Origin: a bacterium
GTDB lineage: Bacteria > Patescibacteriota > Patescibacteriia > Patescibacteriales > UBA12075
Direction of reading: 5' to 3'
Assembly (NCBI GenBank): GCA_043820875.1
Contig: JBDRDI010000021.1
Location: forward strand, 91 to 64,090
Length of the DNA stretch: 64,000 nucleotides
This document shows positions 17,698-26,141 of this stretch, piece by piece; within the stretch, counting starts at the first letter, position 1; each line of letters begins with the position of its first letter. The notes under the pieces were generated by a model. The model saw only the letters and a program-made list of their open reading frames with translations, was not told the origin of the DNA and made no database searches. The translations under genes were made by a program, and so were the position numbers.

Positions 17698-18453
17698 TTA
17701 GCAGGAAACTACTGGACGAGAGCACAAAAACCCATACGCACCCAACGGAGGGCACCAATCGGAGCCGAACCTGCCGCGCTCAACGCGGAAGTCGGCGCGC
17801 GGCACGCCGCCATCCGAGTCGCGCGAACCTGAACACAAAGTAACATTTTTTTGGTCTATCATCGCCTTGTGTTTCCACCAAGCAAATAAACCAAAGATTC
17901 CTCGCTCCATCCGCGTCATGGTCAAAATGCCCTGCTCGGCAATCCAGTTCGCGGACTTTTCCTTGTATATTTCATCCGCCTCGTAAGAACCACTGTGCCA
18001 AATGGCGTAGCTCTTTTCAGTCGTCCTTTCTTCTTTGGACATATCCATCATGGACGGCCAGTTTTTGTCCCAATCCCAGCATTTCGAATACTGCTTTTTC
18101 TCGACATTGTGGACATACTCATACGTCAGACCAGCCGGCATGAACTGCAGAAAATTAAGAAACTGGTTGGAGTTTTCCGGAATTTTCACGCCGGAGAAAT
18201 CAACTTCCAATCCGAAAACCTCTTTGTAAAACTTCTGCCATTCGCGGCGAGAAGCGGCGGAAGTGTCGGCTTGATCAAAAATAGCGTTAACTACTTTCAC
18301 GATCAAAGCGTCACTGGCCTTGCCCTCTTTTACAAGAGCATGAATGCAAGCATCGTCAATTCCGCGTCGGCGAGCTTCAACAATAATTCCGCTTGCCAAA
18401 CTGCCAATCCACCCGGCTCCGCTAACAATTAACGAAACGTTTTTTTTACTCAT
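17698..18453 (-). CDS. DGR variable (target) protein with C-terminal CLec/FGE-like variable region
   Basis: The C-terminus ...GGVPRADFRVERGRFGSDW...GFLCSRPVVSC resembles the RVxRGGSW...GFR ending of DGR C-type-lectin-fold targets. The N-terminus carries a GxGxxG-like LIVSGAGWIGS motif. SD AGGAGAAGG precedes the ATG. GC-rich. Confidence 0.75.
   Translation of the reverse strand: MSKKNVSLIVSGAGWIGSLASGIIVEARRRGIDDACIHALVKEGKASDALIVKVVNAIFDQADTSAASRREWQKFYKEVFGLEVDFSGVKIPENSNQFLNFLQFMPAGLTYEYVHNVEKKQYSKCWDWDKNWPSMMDMSKEERTTEKSYAIWHSGSYEADEIYKEKSANWIAEQGILTMTRMERGIFGLFAWWKHKAMIDQKNVTLCSGSRDSDGGVPRADFRVERGRFGSDWCPPLGAYGFLCSRPVVSC
17704..17830 (-). repeat. DGR variable repeat (VR) at the 3' end of the target gene
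   Basis: There are 22 differences from the TR. Of these, 21 fall where the TR (minus strand) has an A; the single exception is a T to G change. The VR ends 3 nt before the stop codon. Confidence 0.85.
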
Positions 18454-18689
18454 TATCCTTCTCCTTTTTTTGGCTCATCCCTCGCTTCAACACGATGTTG
18501 AAGCCCCGGACTCACCGTTATTATTACAGCTTGCAAAAAACTTTAAATAAAATTTCTTAAAAGCTGTAATAATTTGTGAATTTTAAAGAACACAAACTAA
18601 TCTTTAAGGATAGCACAAATATAAACAAATGTCAATATTAAAAACAATAGCTAATTTTAGCTATGTTTTCATTAAAAATTACTTAATTA

Positions 18690-19043
18690 CTATGTATTAT
18701 GCAAAATACGCTCTATATCTTTCTTCAATTTTGGCAAATCATTTTTAACGGTATCCCAAACTAACTTTAAGTCCACTCCAAAATAATGATGAATTAATTT
18801 ATCGCGCATTCTGGCTATTTTATTGAAATCCGCGTCTTTATTTTTTTTCACAAAATCTTTATCCAAATTTTTTACGGCCTCGCCGATTATCTCCATTCTT
18901 CTCACGACTGCGTCTTGAATGGTCATATTCCCGGAATATTCCGCTTCTGAAACATTTTTTAAAGTATTATTTATAATTTCAATGCTTCCCAAGGCATGCT
19001 TTAAAAATATTTTATTGTCTTTAACCATATATTTTAACTTCAT
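18690..19043 (-). CDS. hepT: HepT-like HEPN toxin (DUF86)
   Basis: R-x4-HxY motif RMRDKLIHHYFGVD. 117 aa. Overlaps the upstream MNT gene by 23 nt. Confidence 0.8.
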   Translation of the reverse strand: MKLKYMVKDNKIFLKHALGSIEIINNTLKNVSEAEYSGNMTIQDAVVRRMEIIGEAVKNLDKDFVKKNKDADFNKIARMRDKLIHHYFGVDLKLVWDTVKNDLPKLKKDIERILHNT

Positions 19044-19311
19044 CTCTTAAAATATTTTTTTTAAGCAAAGGATTAATAGAGTTGTAAGTGAGCAAGTCAA
19101 TTTTTCTTTTTACTTTCTTCTCCAATTCCATTTCCAGCCCGATTAAATCAAGCAAAGTCTTGCCATCTTTCAAGTCAACCAACATGTCAATATCGCTGTC
19201 TTTATTATTATCGCCACGAGCAAAAGAGCCGAAAATTGATGATTTTCTGACTTCATGTTTTTTAAGTATGGGTATTATTTTAAATTGTATTTCTTTGATT
19301 TTGTTGTTCAT
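19021..19311 (-). CDS. mntA: MntA-like minimal nucleotidyltransferase antitoxin
   Basis: GSFARGD...DSDIDMLVDL (GSxxRG and DxD motifs). 96 aa. Confidence 0.8.
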   Translation of the reverse strand: MNNKIKEIQFKIIPILKKHEVRKSSIFGSFARGDNNKDSDIDMLVDLKDGKTLLDLIGLEMELEKKVKRKIDLLTYNSINPLLKKNILRDEVKIYG

Positions 19312-19356
19312 ATATAATCAATATATCAAATAATTATCAAAAAAACAAGGAAAAAA

Positions 19357-20412
19357 TTATTTCAAATACCTCGCCTTATTATTCAAATGTTCATCATAGG
19401 TCTTGGCGAAAACAGTTTCGCCATTATCCGGCCGGCTTAGGAAATAATAATAATTCGTTTTTTCCGGATAAATCGCGGCGACAATTGCGTTGAGTCCCGG
19501 ATTACTGATCGGTCCGGGTGGCAAGCCATAATTTTGATAAGTATTGTACGGGGACTTGATTTTTGTGTCCTCAACGGAGTATTGCGGTTTGTTAACGCCA
19601 AGTATGTACGCCAAAGTCGCGCAAGATTCAAGGGGCTTATTAATTCCGATTCTGTTCCAAAATATTCCGGAAACGATTTTCATGTCTTCCACACTGCGCA
19701 CTTCTTTTTCAATAACAGAGGCCATAGTCATAATTTCAAAAATTGTCTTGTTCTGTCTCGCTATCTCGTCTTTCATTTCTTTTGTTAATTTTTTATCAAA
19801 ATTATTCAAAGTCTTTTCAACTATATCTTCGGCCGTGGAATCTTTAAAAATTTTATAAGTATCAGGGAAAATATATCCTTCCAATCCGGCGTTTTTGGGA
19901 GAGTCGCTTAAAAATTCATATTCTTCTTGATATTCTTTAAAATTATTTTTGGTGATTTGTATAAAATCTCCGCTTTGAATAATATTATTGGTTGACAAAT
20001 ATTTATCCATATCCGCGATACTCCATCCCTCAATTATTTTGATTGTCAGTTCGTCATCCACAACCTCTCCAGCAGTCAATAATTTTACAATTTCTTTTAT
20101 GTTCATAGACCGGCTTAATTCATATTCACCGGCTTGTACTTTTTTTTCCAAATTATTTTTCTTTAAATATAATTCAAAAAAATATTTTGATTTTATAAAT
20201 TCTTTATCTTCCAGATTTACGGCGATATTATTAACACTCTCCCCTTTCTCAATAACAAAAATTTCAGCATTATCATTTTCATCTACGGGCGTATTTATTA
20301 CTTTTTGATACGTCAACGCCCAGACAAAATAAATTGCCAAAAGAAAAACGAAAATTATAATTAAAGATTTTGTTGGTTTGCGCATATTTATATTATAAAT
20401 TTTATATTCCAA
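19357..20412 (-). CDS. mltG: endolytic murein transglycosylase MltG (YceG family)
   Basis: N-terminal TM, then the YceG-like domain with GEYEL, MASVIEKE and LPPGPISNPGLNAIVAAIYP motifs. Confidence 0.8.
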   Translation of the reverse strand: MEYKIYNINMRKPTKSLIIIFVFLLAIYFVWALTYQKVINTPVDENDNAEIFVIEKGESVNNIAVNLEDKEFIKSKYFFELYLKKNNLEKKVQAGEYELSRSMNIKEIVKLLTAGEVVDDELTIKIIEGWSIADMDKYLSTNNIIQSGDFIQITKNNFKEYQEEYEFLSDSPKNAGLEGYIFPDTYKIFKDSTAEDIVEKTLNNFDKKLTKEMKDEIARQNKTIFEIMTMASVIEKEVRSVEDMKIVSGIFWNRIGINKPLESCATLAYILGVNKPQYSVEDTKIKSPYNTYQNYGLPPGPISNPGLNAIVAAIYPEKTNYYYFLSRPDNGETVFAKTYDEHLNNKARYLK

Positions 20413-20414
20413 AT

Positions 20415-21455
20415 TTACAAATATTTTTCCTTCCCCTCTTCTTTCAACTTTTTAATCAATTCGGTAATGTGAACTACGTGATCTTTCGCGGCGACAATCA
20501 GAACATCGTCGGTGTTAACCACAACCATACCATCCAGACCGACTGCTGCAACCAATTTTCCTTCTTCGGTGTTGTAAATCAATGAATCAACCGTATTTAA
20601 GGAGCTGGCCAGACCTTCAACAACATTGTCTTTGTTACTTTTACCCAGTGCTTCTTTGAAGGCATATAGCGTTCCGGGATCGCTCCAGTCCATATTCGTT
20701 TTAATTACAACCGCGTTGGATAAATCAACTTTCTCAAGTATGGCGTTGTCAAAAGAAATGCTTTCCGCATCATCATATTTTTCGCTTTCAACACAATTAT
20801 ATATGTTCGGGGCCAAAAGTCGGTATTCTTTTTCCAAAAACTCAATAGAGGTGATAAAATATCCCGGGTTCCAATAATATTCTCCGGACTCAAACATGCG
20901 ACAACAATCTTCCGCCGGCGGTCTATACTTCCAACCGGCAAACTCAAAATAGTCAATTTCGTTTTTCATACCAATCTTCTGTCCGACTTTTATCCACCCC
21001 AAGTTGTTATTGGCAAAACGCGGTTTTTCTCCCAAAAAAACAAAACTTTCCGGACGTTCACTGATTATTTCTTCTCCCGATTGCAAGGCCTTTACAAATT
21101 CGTGGCTGTTTTCCATTAAATGATCTGACCAAAGAATCGCCATCGGACCTGCAAACCCGCGTTTTTTCAATTCCATGACCGTAAAACAAACAGCAGGACC
21201 CAAATTTCTGCGAGCCGGCTCAATAAAGATATTTTCGCGCGGCAATTTCGGAAGCTGTTCATGCACTATGTCAATATATTGAGCAACTGTTTGGACGCAA
21301 ATATCTTCAACAGGAAAAGCGGAGCTTACACGGTCAAAGGCTAATTGCAGAGTTGATTTTCCGGCAAAAATTTTATGAAATTGTTTCGGCGAATTTTCTC
21401 TTGATAATGGCCAAAGTCGCGTGCCAACACCGCCGGCAAAAATTACTAGTTTCAT
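20415..21455 (-). CDS. manC: mannose-1-phosphate guanylyltransferase
   Basis: MKLVIFAGGVGTRLWPLSRENSPKQF nucleotidyltransferase N-terminus typical of ManC/GMP. Confidence 0.75.
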   Translation of the reverse strand: MKLVIFAGGVGTRLWPLSRENSPKQFHKIFAGKSTLQLAFDRVSSAFPVEDICVQTVAQYIDIVHEQLPKLPRENIFIEPARRNLGPAVCFTVMELKKRGFAGPMAILWSDHLMENSHEFVKALQSGEEIISERPESFVFLGEKPRFANNNLGWIKVGQKIGMKNEIDYFEFAGWKYRPPAEDCCRMFESGEYYWNPGYFITSIEFLEKEYRLLAPNIYNCVESEKYDDAESISFDNAILEKVDLSNAVVIKTNMDWSDPGTLYAFKEALGKSNKDNVVEGLASSLNTVDSLIYNTEEGKLVAAVGLDGMVVVNTDDVLIVAAKDHVVHITELIKKLKEEGKEKYL

Positions 21456-22273
21456 AATTTTACAATATACCAGATTACAAGCGCAAAGGCCAGCGCAAAT
21501 CTATAATAAGCGAATACGTTTAATTTATTATTTCTTGAAAACAAAAGAAGATATTTAATAGCCGCGAGTCCGGCAAAAAAACAAAAGACAAAAGCGACCG
21601 CGGCGATTTTTAATTCTTCCGCGTTCATTCCGGCGTTGAACATATCTGGAAAATTTTTCACGCTTGCTCCAAAAATGATGGGCATAGACAAAAGAAAAGA
21701 AAATTTAACCGCCTCTTCTCTCTTTAAATTTACAAACAATCCTGATATAATAGTAATGCCGGATCGAGAAACTCCCGGAATCAAGGCGATTGCTTGTGAG
21801 AAACCAATTAAAATTGATTTTTTCTGATTCAATTCCGAGATAGCGCTTATTTTTTTACTATATTTTTCAGCAAGAATAAACAAGGCTCCCACCACGGCCA
21901 TGGCAATTGCCACGATAAGAATGGCGGAAGATCCTTCATGTAAATTTTTTTCAATATAATCGTTGAAAAGCAAACCAAAAATAACCGCCGGAATGGTAGC
22001 GACAAAAATAAGCCACGACAATTTGCTTGCTTCGCTTTTTTTACCAACGAAACTCAATACCCATGATTTTAATAACAACCAAACGTCTTTTCTAAAAAAA
22101 TACAATAACGATAAAAGCGTTGCCAAATGCAAAAAGACATCAAAAGCCATCTCGTCTCTTATCGGAATCTTTATAATATTATGCAAAATAACAAGATGGC
22201 CAGAACTGGAAATCGGCAAAAATTCAGTGATACCTTGCACTATGCCAAAAATTATAGAATATAAATAATTCAT
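21452..22273 (-). CDS. uppP: undecaprenyl-diphosphatase
   Basis: GITEFLPISSSGHL signature and multiple TM helices. 273 aa. Confidence 0.9.
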   Translation of the reverse strand: MNYLYSIIFGIVQGITEFLPISSSGHLVILHNIIKIPIRDEMAFDVFLHLATLLSLLYFFRKDVWLLLKSWVLSFVGKKSEASKLSWLIFVATIPAVIFGLLFNDYIEKNLHEGSSAILIVAIAMAVVGALFILAEKYSKKISAISELNQKKSILIGFSQAIALIPGVSRSGITIISGLFVNLKREEAVKFSFLLSMPIIFGASVKNFPDMFNAGMNAEELKIAAVAFVFCFFAGLAAIKYLLLFSRNNKLNVFAYYRFALAFALVIWYIVKL

Positions 22274-22284
22274 AAATTAAGTTC

Positions 22285-22354
22285 GTTAAATTTTTATTTT
22301 GTTTGTTAGACTGGGTTTTAAAACCCAGCCTAACAAACAAAATAAAAATTTAAC
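22285..22354. repeat. 70-bp near-perfect palindrome between divergent uppP and DUF212 gene starts
   Basis: Arms gttaaatttttattttgtttgttagactgggtttt / aaaacccagcctaacaaacaaaataaaaatttaac with 1 mismatch in 35. It lies 12-13 nt from each start codon. Confidence 0.8.
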
Positions 22355-22366
22355 AAATTAAAAATT

Positions 22367-22801
22367 ATGTTACCAATTTTACTGCCGCCAATCATTGCCG
22401 GCATTATTGCTCAAACGAGCAAATTCTTTATTAAATCCAATCATCTAAAATTCAAAAGAAAAGAATTAATGTCTTATTCCGGTATGCCTTCCGGACACGC
22501 GGCCATTGTCATATCACTCTCTGTCAGCATTTTATTAAATGAAGGACTCGGATCTCCTCTCTTTGCCATCAGTTCTGTTGTGGCCCTGGTTGTAATCAGA
22601 GATGCCATGGGTATCAGACGATATCTCGGCCAACACGGACGAACTCTCAATATTTTGGTAAAAGATTTAAGCGATGACAATGTTTTGGATAAAAACTATC
22701 CGCACCTATTGGAAAGAATCGGTCATACGCCGGCGCAAATTATTGTCGGCACGGCAATCGGTCTTGTTGTAAGCTTGGCGTATTATTTTTTACTATATTA
22801 A
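22367..22801 (+). CDS. divergent PAP2 family protein (DUF212/YuiD-like)
   Basis: GMPSGHAAIV...RD..G..R...GH motif pattern, with small TM helices. 144 aa. Confidence 0.65.
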   Translation: MLPILLPPIIAGIIAQTSKFFIKSNHLKFKRKELMSYSGMPSGHAAIVISLSVSILLNEGLGSPLFAISSVVALVVIRDAMGIRRYLGQHGRTLNILVKDLSDDNVLDKNYPHLLERIGHTPAQIIVGTAIGLVVSLAYYFLLY

Positions 22802-24406
22802 ACTTATTCCCTTCATTTCGTCCGGCTTTTTTAAGCCCATAATTTTTAAAATTGTCGGCGCAACATCGGCCAAAATTCCTTGCGATTTAATCATGCTCAA
22901 ATCACTGTCCACGACATTCGGCCATCCAAAATTTTGTCCCTGATATTCATTGCTGACAATAACAAACGGCACAGGATCGGATGAATGCTTTTTATCAATC
23001 TGCCCGGTCTGCATATTAATCATCACATCGGCATTACCGTGATCAGCAGTGATGATTGTCATGCCATTTTTTGCCAAACACGCGCTGGTTATTCTTTCCA
23101 CGCATTTGTCCAAAATTTCAATCGCCTTAACGGTTGCTTCCATGTTTCCGGTGTGACCAACCATATCAGCATTCGGATAATTAATCAAAATAAAATCATA
23201 TTTATCCGACTCAATCGCTTCTAAAACTTTTTTTGTAAGCTCACCGGACGACATTTCCGGTTTTTGGTCATAACTTGATACCTGCGGAGATGGAACTAAA
23301 CAATGATCCTCGCCGCTACTCTTTTCTTCATGTCCGCCATTAAAAAAATACGTCACATGCGCGTATTTTTCCGTTTCTGAAATTCTTAATTGTTGCAAAC
23401 CAGCCGTAGAAAAAATTTCTCCAAGAGAATTGTCGGTTTTTTCAGATGGAAAAGCAACTTTAACCGACAAACCTTTTTCATATTCGGTAAAACAAGTAAA
23501 ATTCAAATTCTTTAATATTCTTCTTTCAAATTTGTCAAAATCGGACGCAGTAAAAGCTTTTGTAATTTGTCTGGCTCTGTCCGCTCGGAAATTAAAAAAT
23601 ATTACTGAATCATTATCGGAAATGATATTCGGCTTCTCACCTTCTTTGGCAATCACAGTGGGGATAAATTCTTCATCATAAATTTTTTTCTGATAACTTT
23701 CTTCTACTGCTTTTGAAGGATCTTCCGCACTGTTGCCGTTTCCACCCACCATGGCCGAATAAGCCTTAAACGTTCTGTCCCAATTATTATTTCTATCCAT
23801 TGTATAAAATCTTCCGGAAATCGTGGCGATTTTACCTATACCATATTCTGATATGGCACGCTCTACGTCTCTGATAAAATTAAATCCGCTATTATACGGA
23901 GAATCGCGACCGTCCAATATGGCGTGTATATAAACTCTATCAAATTGTTCTTTCTTTAATAGTGACAATAAAACATAGAGGTGCTCAATGGAAGCATGAA
24001 CCGATCCGCCGGAGATAAGACCCATGAGGTGCAATTTGGAATTATTTTTTTTGGCATGTTCAATCGCCTCAAGAAGCGCCGGATTTTTGAAGAAATTGCC
24101 GTCATTGATGTCTTTAATAATGCGCGGTAAATCTTGATACAATATTCTACCCAATCCCAAGCTGATATGTCCCACTTCACTGTTGCCAGACTCTCCCCAC
24201 GGCAAACCAACCGCCTCGCCACTCGCACGTAAAGTTGTTGACGGATATTCGGCAATCAATTTCTTTATATTCGGAGTGTTTGCTTGAGTAATAGCATTAC
24301 CGACATATGACTGATTCACTCCCCAGCCATCCAAAATAACCAAAACAACCGGCTTGGGACGCTTAAAAGATTCTTCTTCTTTATTATTTATTATTGTTTC
24401 TTTCAT
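22793..24406 (-). CDS. gpmI: 2,3-bisphosphoglycerate-independent phosphoglycerate mutase (iPGM), copy 1
   Basis: VVLVILDGWGV..., GNSEVGH, a middle phosphotransferase domain, and ...ADHGNAD metal-binding motifs. 537 aa. Confidence 0.9.
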   Translation of the reverse strand: MKETIINNKEEESFKRPKPVVLVILDGWGVNQSYVGNAITQANTPNIKKLIAEYPSTTLRASGEAVGLPWGESGNSEVGHISLGLGRILYQDLPRIIKDINDGNFFKNPALLEAIEHAKKNNSKLHLMGLISGGSVHASIEHLYVLLSLLKKEQFDRVYIHAILDGRDSPYNSGFNFIRDVERAISEYGIGKIATISGRFYTMDRNNNWDRTFKAYSAMVGGNGNSAEDPSKAVEESYQKKIYDEEFIPTVIAKEGEKPNIISDNDSVIFFNFRADRARQITKAFTASDFDKFERRILKNLNFTCFTEYEKGLSVKVAFPSEKTDNSLGEIFSTAGLQQLRISETEKYAHVTYFFNGGHEEKSSGEDHCLVPSPQVSSYDQKPEMSSGELTKKVLEAIESDKYDFILINYPNADMVGHTGNMEATVKAIEILDKCVERITSACLAKNGMTIITADHGNADVMINMQTGQIDKKHSSDPVPFVIVSNEYQGQNFGWPNVVDSDLSMIKSQGILADVAPTILKIMGLKKPDEMKGISLI

Positions 24407-25977
24407 AAATTTATTTTCCCATAAAACAAGCTCTCTCCGTTCATTTCTGTCGGTTTCTTATGATTTAATAAATCCAATATGGTCGGAGAAATATCACTCA
24501 ACGCGCCTTGTTTTTTTAATTTTATTTTATTTTTTAATTTGTCGTTAACAATAACAAATGGAACTTTATTGACGGTGTGCTCCGTAAACAATTCTCCGGT
24601 TTTTAAATCAATCATCTTTTCAACATTTCCGTGATCGGCTGTAATTATTATCGTGCCTTTCTCTTTCAAATAATCTTTTACTATCCGGCCAACGCATTTA
24701 TCAACTGCCTCGCAACAAGCAATAGACGCCACCAAATTTCCAGTATGACCGACCATGTCCGGCGCCGCAAAATTCACTGTTATAAAATCAAATTTTTTCT
24801 TTTTTAAATCTTCTAAAACTATTTCAGTAATTTTAAGCGAGCTCATGGCTGGAGTAATATCGTAAGACCGGACATTCGGCGACGATACCATTATTCTTTT
24901 TTCTTTATCAACTAAATCGCGATAACCGCCGTTAAAAAAATAGGTGACATGCGCGTATTTTTCACTTTCCGCGATGTATAATTGTTTAATGTCGCGCAGA
25001 ACCATGGGCAAAGTATTTTCCAAATCAATATCCGGAAAAGCCGTAATAACATTATCCAACTCTAAACCGAAATTAGTCAAGGAAACAAAATAAATTCTTT
25101 TTAATTCTTTAACGCGCTTAAATTCATAATTTTCTTCATTGAAATTTTTTTGCGCGAATACTCTTGACAATTGTCTGGCGCGATCAGATCTTAAGTTGAA
25201 AAAAATAATACTGTCTTTGTCTTCAATTCTGGAATTTTCTTTATTGTTTTCTATAATACACGGATCAATAAATTCATCACTATCGCCTTCTCCATAAGAA
25301 GCGGCAATTGCCCCAGAAGCGCTTTTCGCTTTCTTTCCTTCACCCGCGACAAGCGCGTTGTAGGCCTTCATTGTTCTTCCCCATTCCTGTTTTCTGTCCA
25401 TGGCATAAAACCGACCGATAATGGTGGCAATTTTAAATTTATTCCCGTATTTTTTTTCAAAAGCACGCACCAATTTCAAAGCGGAATATTGGGGAGAATC
25501 TCTGCCGTCTGTAAAAAAATGCAAATAAACTTTTTTAATTTTATGTTCTTCTAAAAATTTTAGCAAATTATAAAGATGCTCAGGGTCAACGTGCGGACTT
25601 GATTTGGAAGATAATAAACCGATTAAATGCAATTTGGAATCCAGTTCTTTTACATGCCTGACAGCGCCCAAAAAAGCCGGATTCTTTTCAAAGGTACCGT
25701 CTTTAATCGCTTTATTAATTTTAACACTATCTTGCAAAACCATCCTGCCGGCGCCGATATTCATGTGTCCCGCTTCGCTGTTTCCAGGCTGGTTCGCAGG
25801 CAATCCGACATGTTTGCCATGAGCAAACAATTCCGTGTGCGGATATTTTTTATACAGCCAATCCATCACCGGCGTATCAGCCGATTCAACAGCATTCCCC
25901 TTGTTCGGCTCTGCCAATCCCCAGCCATCCAAGATAATTAAAATCAACGGTGTATTTTGTTTGTTTGATTTTTTCAT
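24403..25977 (-). CDS. gpmI: 2,3-bisphosphoglycerate-independent phosphoglycerate mutase (iPGM), tandem paralog
   Basis: LILIILDGWGL, GNSEAGHMNIGAGR, ...ADHGN motifs. 524 aa. A 4-nt overlap with copy 1. Confidence 0.85.
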   Translation of the reverse strand: MKKSNKQNTPLILIILDGWGLAEPNKGNAVESADTPVMDWLYKKYPHTELFAHGKHVGLPANQPGNSEAGHMNIGAGRMVLQDSVKINKAIKDGTFEKNPAFLGAVRHVKELDSKLHLIGLLSSKSSPHVDPEHLYNLLKFLEEHKIKKVYLHFFTDGRDSPQYSALKLVRAFEKKYGNKFKIATIIGRFYAMDRKQEWGRTMKAYNALVAGEGKKAKSASGAIAASYGEGDSDEFIDPCIIENNKENSRIEDKDSIIFFNLRSDRARQLSRVFAQKNFNEENYEFKRVKELKRIYFVSLTNFGLELDNVITAFPDIDLENTLPMVLRDIKQLYIAESEKYAHVTYFFNGGYRDLVDKEKRIMVSSPNVRSYDITPAMSSLKITEIVLEDLKKKKFDFITVNFAAPDMVGHTGNLVASIACCEAVDKCVGRIVKDYLKEKGTIIITADHGNVEKMIDLKTGELFTEHTVNKVPFVIVNDKLKNKIKLKKQGALSDISPTILDLLNHKKPTEMNGESLFYGKINL

Positions 25978-26029
25978 TATTTTATTTCGTATTTTTGATA
26001 ATCTATATTTTTTATGTTTTTATTATTTT

Positions 26030-26125
26030 TTGTTCCGGCAGAGTCTCCTCGCAAGGGACTCTGCCGCGGTTTTACTTTCACCGCCACGTCGTAGTCCTCT
26101 GCGGAGAGACTACGACGGAACAAGC
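26030..26125 (-). other. two tandem GC-rich stem-loops downstream of eno (terminator/structured element)
   Basis: ggcagagtc-tcctcgcaagg-gactctgcc and cgtcgtagtc-ctctgcggagag-actacgacg. Both are GC-rich in AT-rich surroundings. Neither has a clean U-tract. Confidence 0.4.
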
Positions 26126-26141
26126 AAAATAAATAATAAAA

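Larger units (their letters stand above)
15903..18453 (-). mobile_element. diversity-generating retroelement (DGR) cassette: target gene with VR, then TR, an Avd-like gene (opposite strand), and the RT
   Basis: See the component features below: RT with the LGNVTSQ motif, a 127-nt TR/VR pair with adenine-specific mismatches, an AAC/AAT-rich TR, and a hairpin 3' of the VR. Confidence 0.85.
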
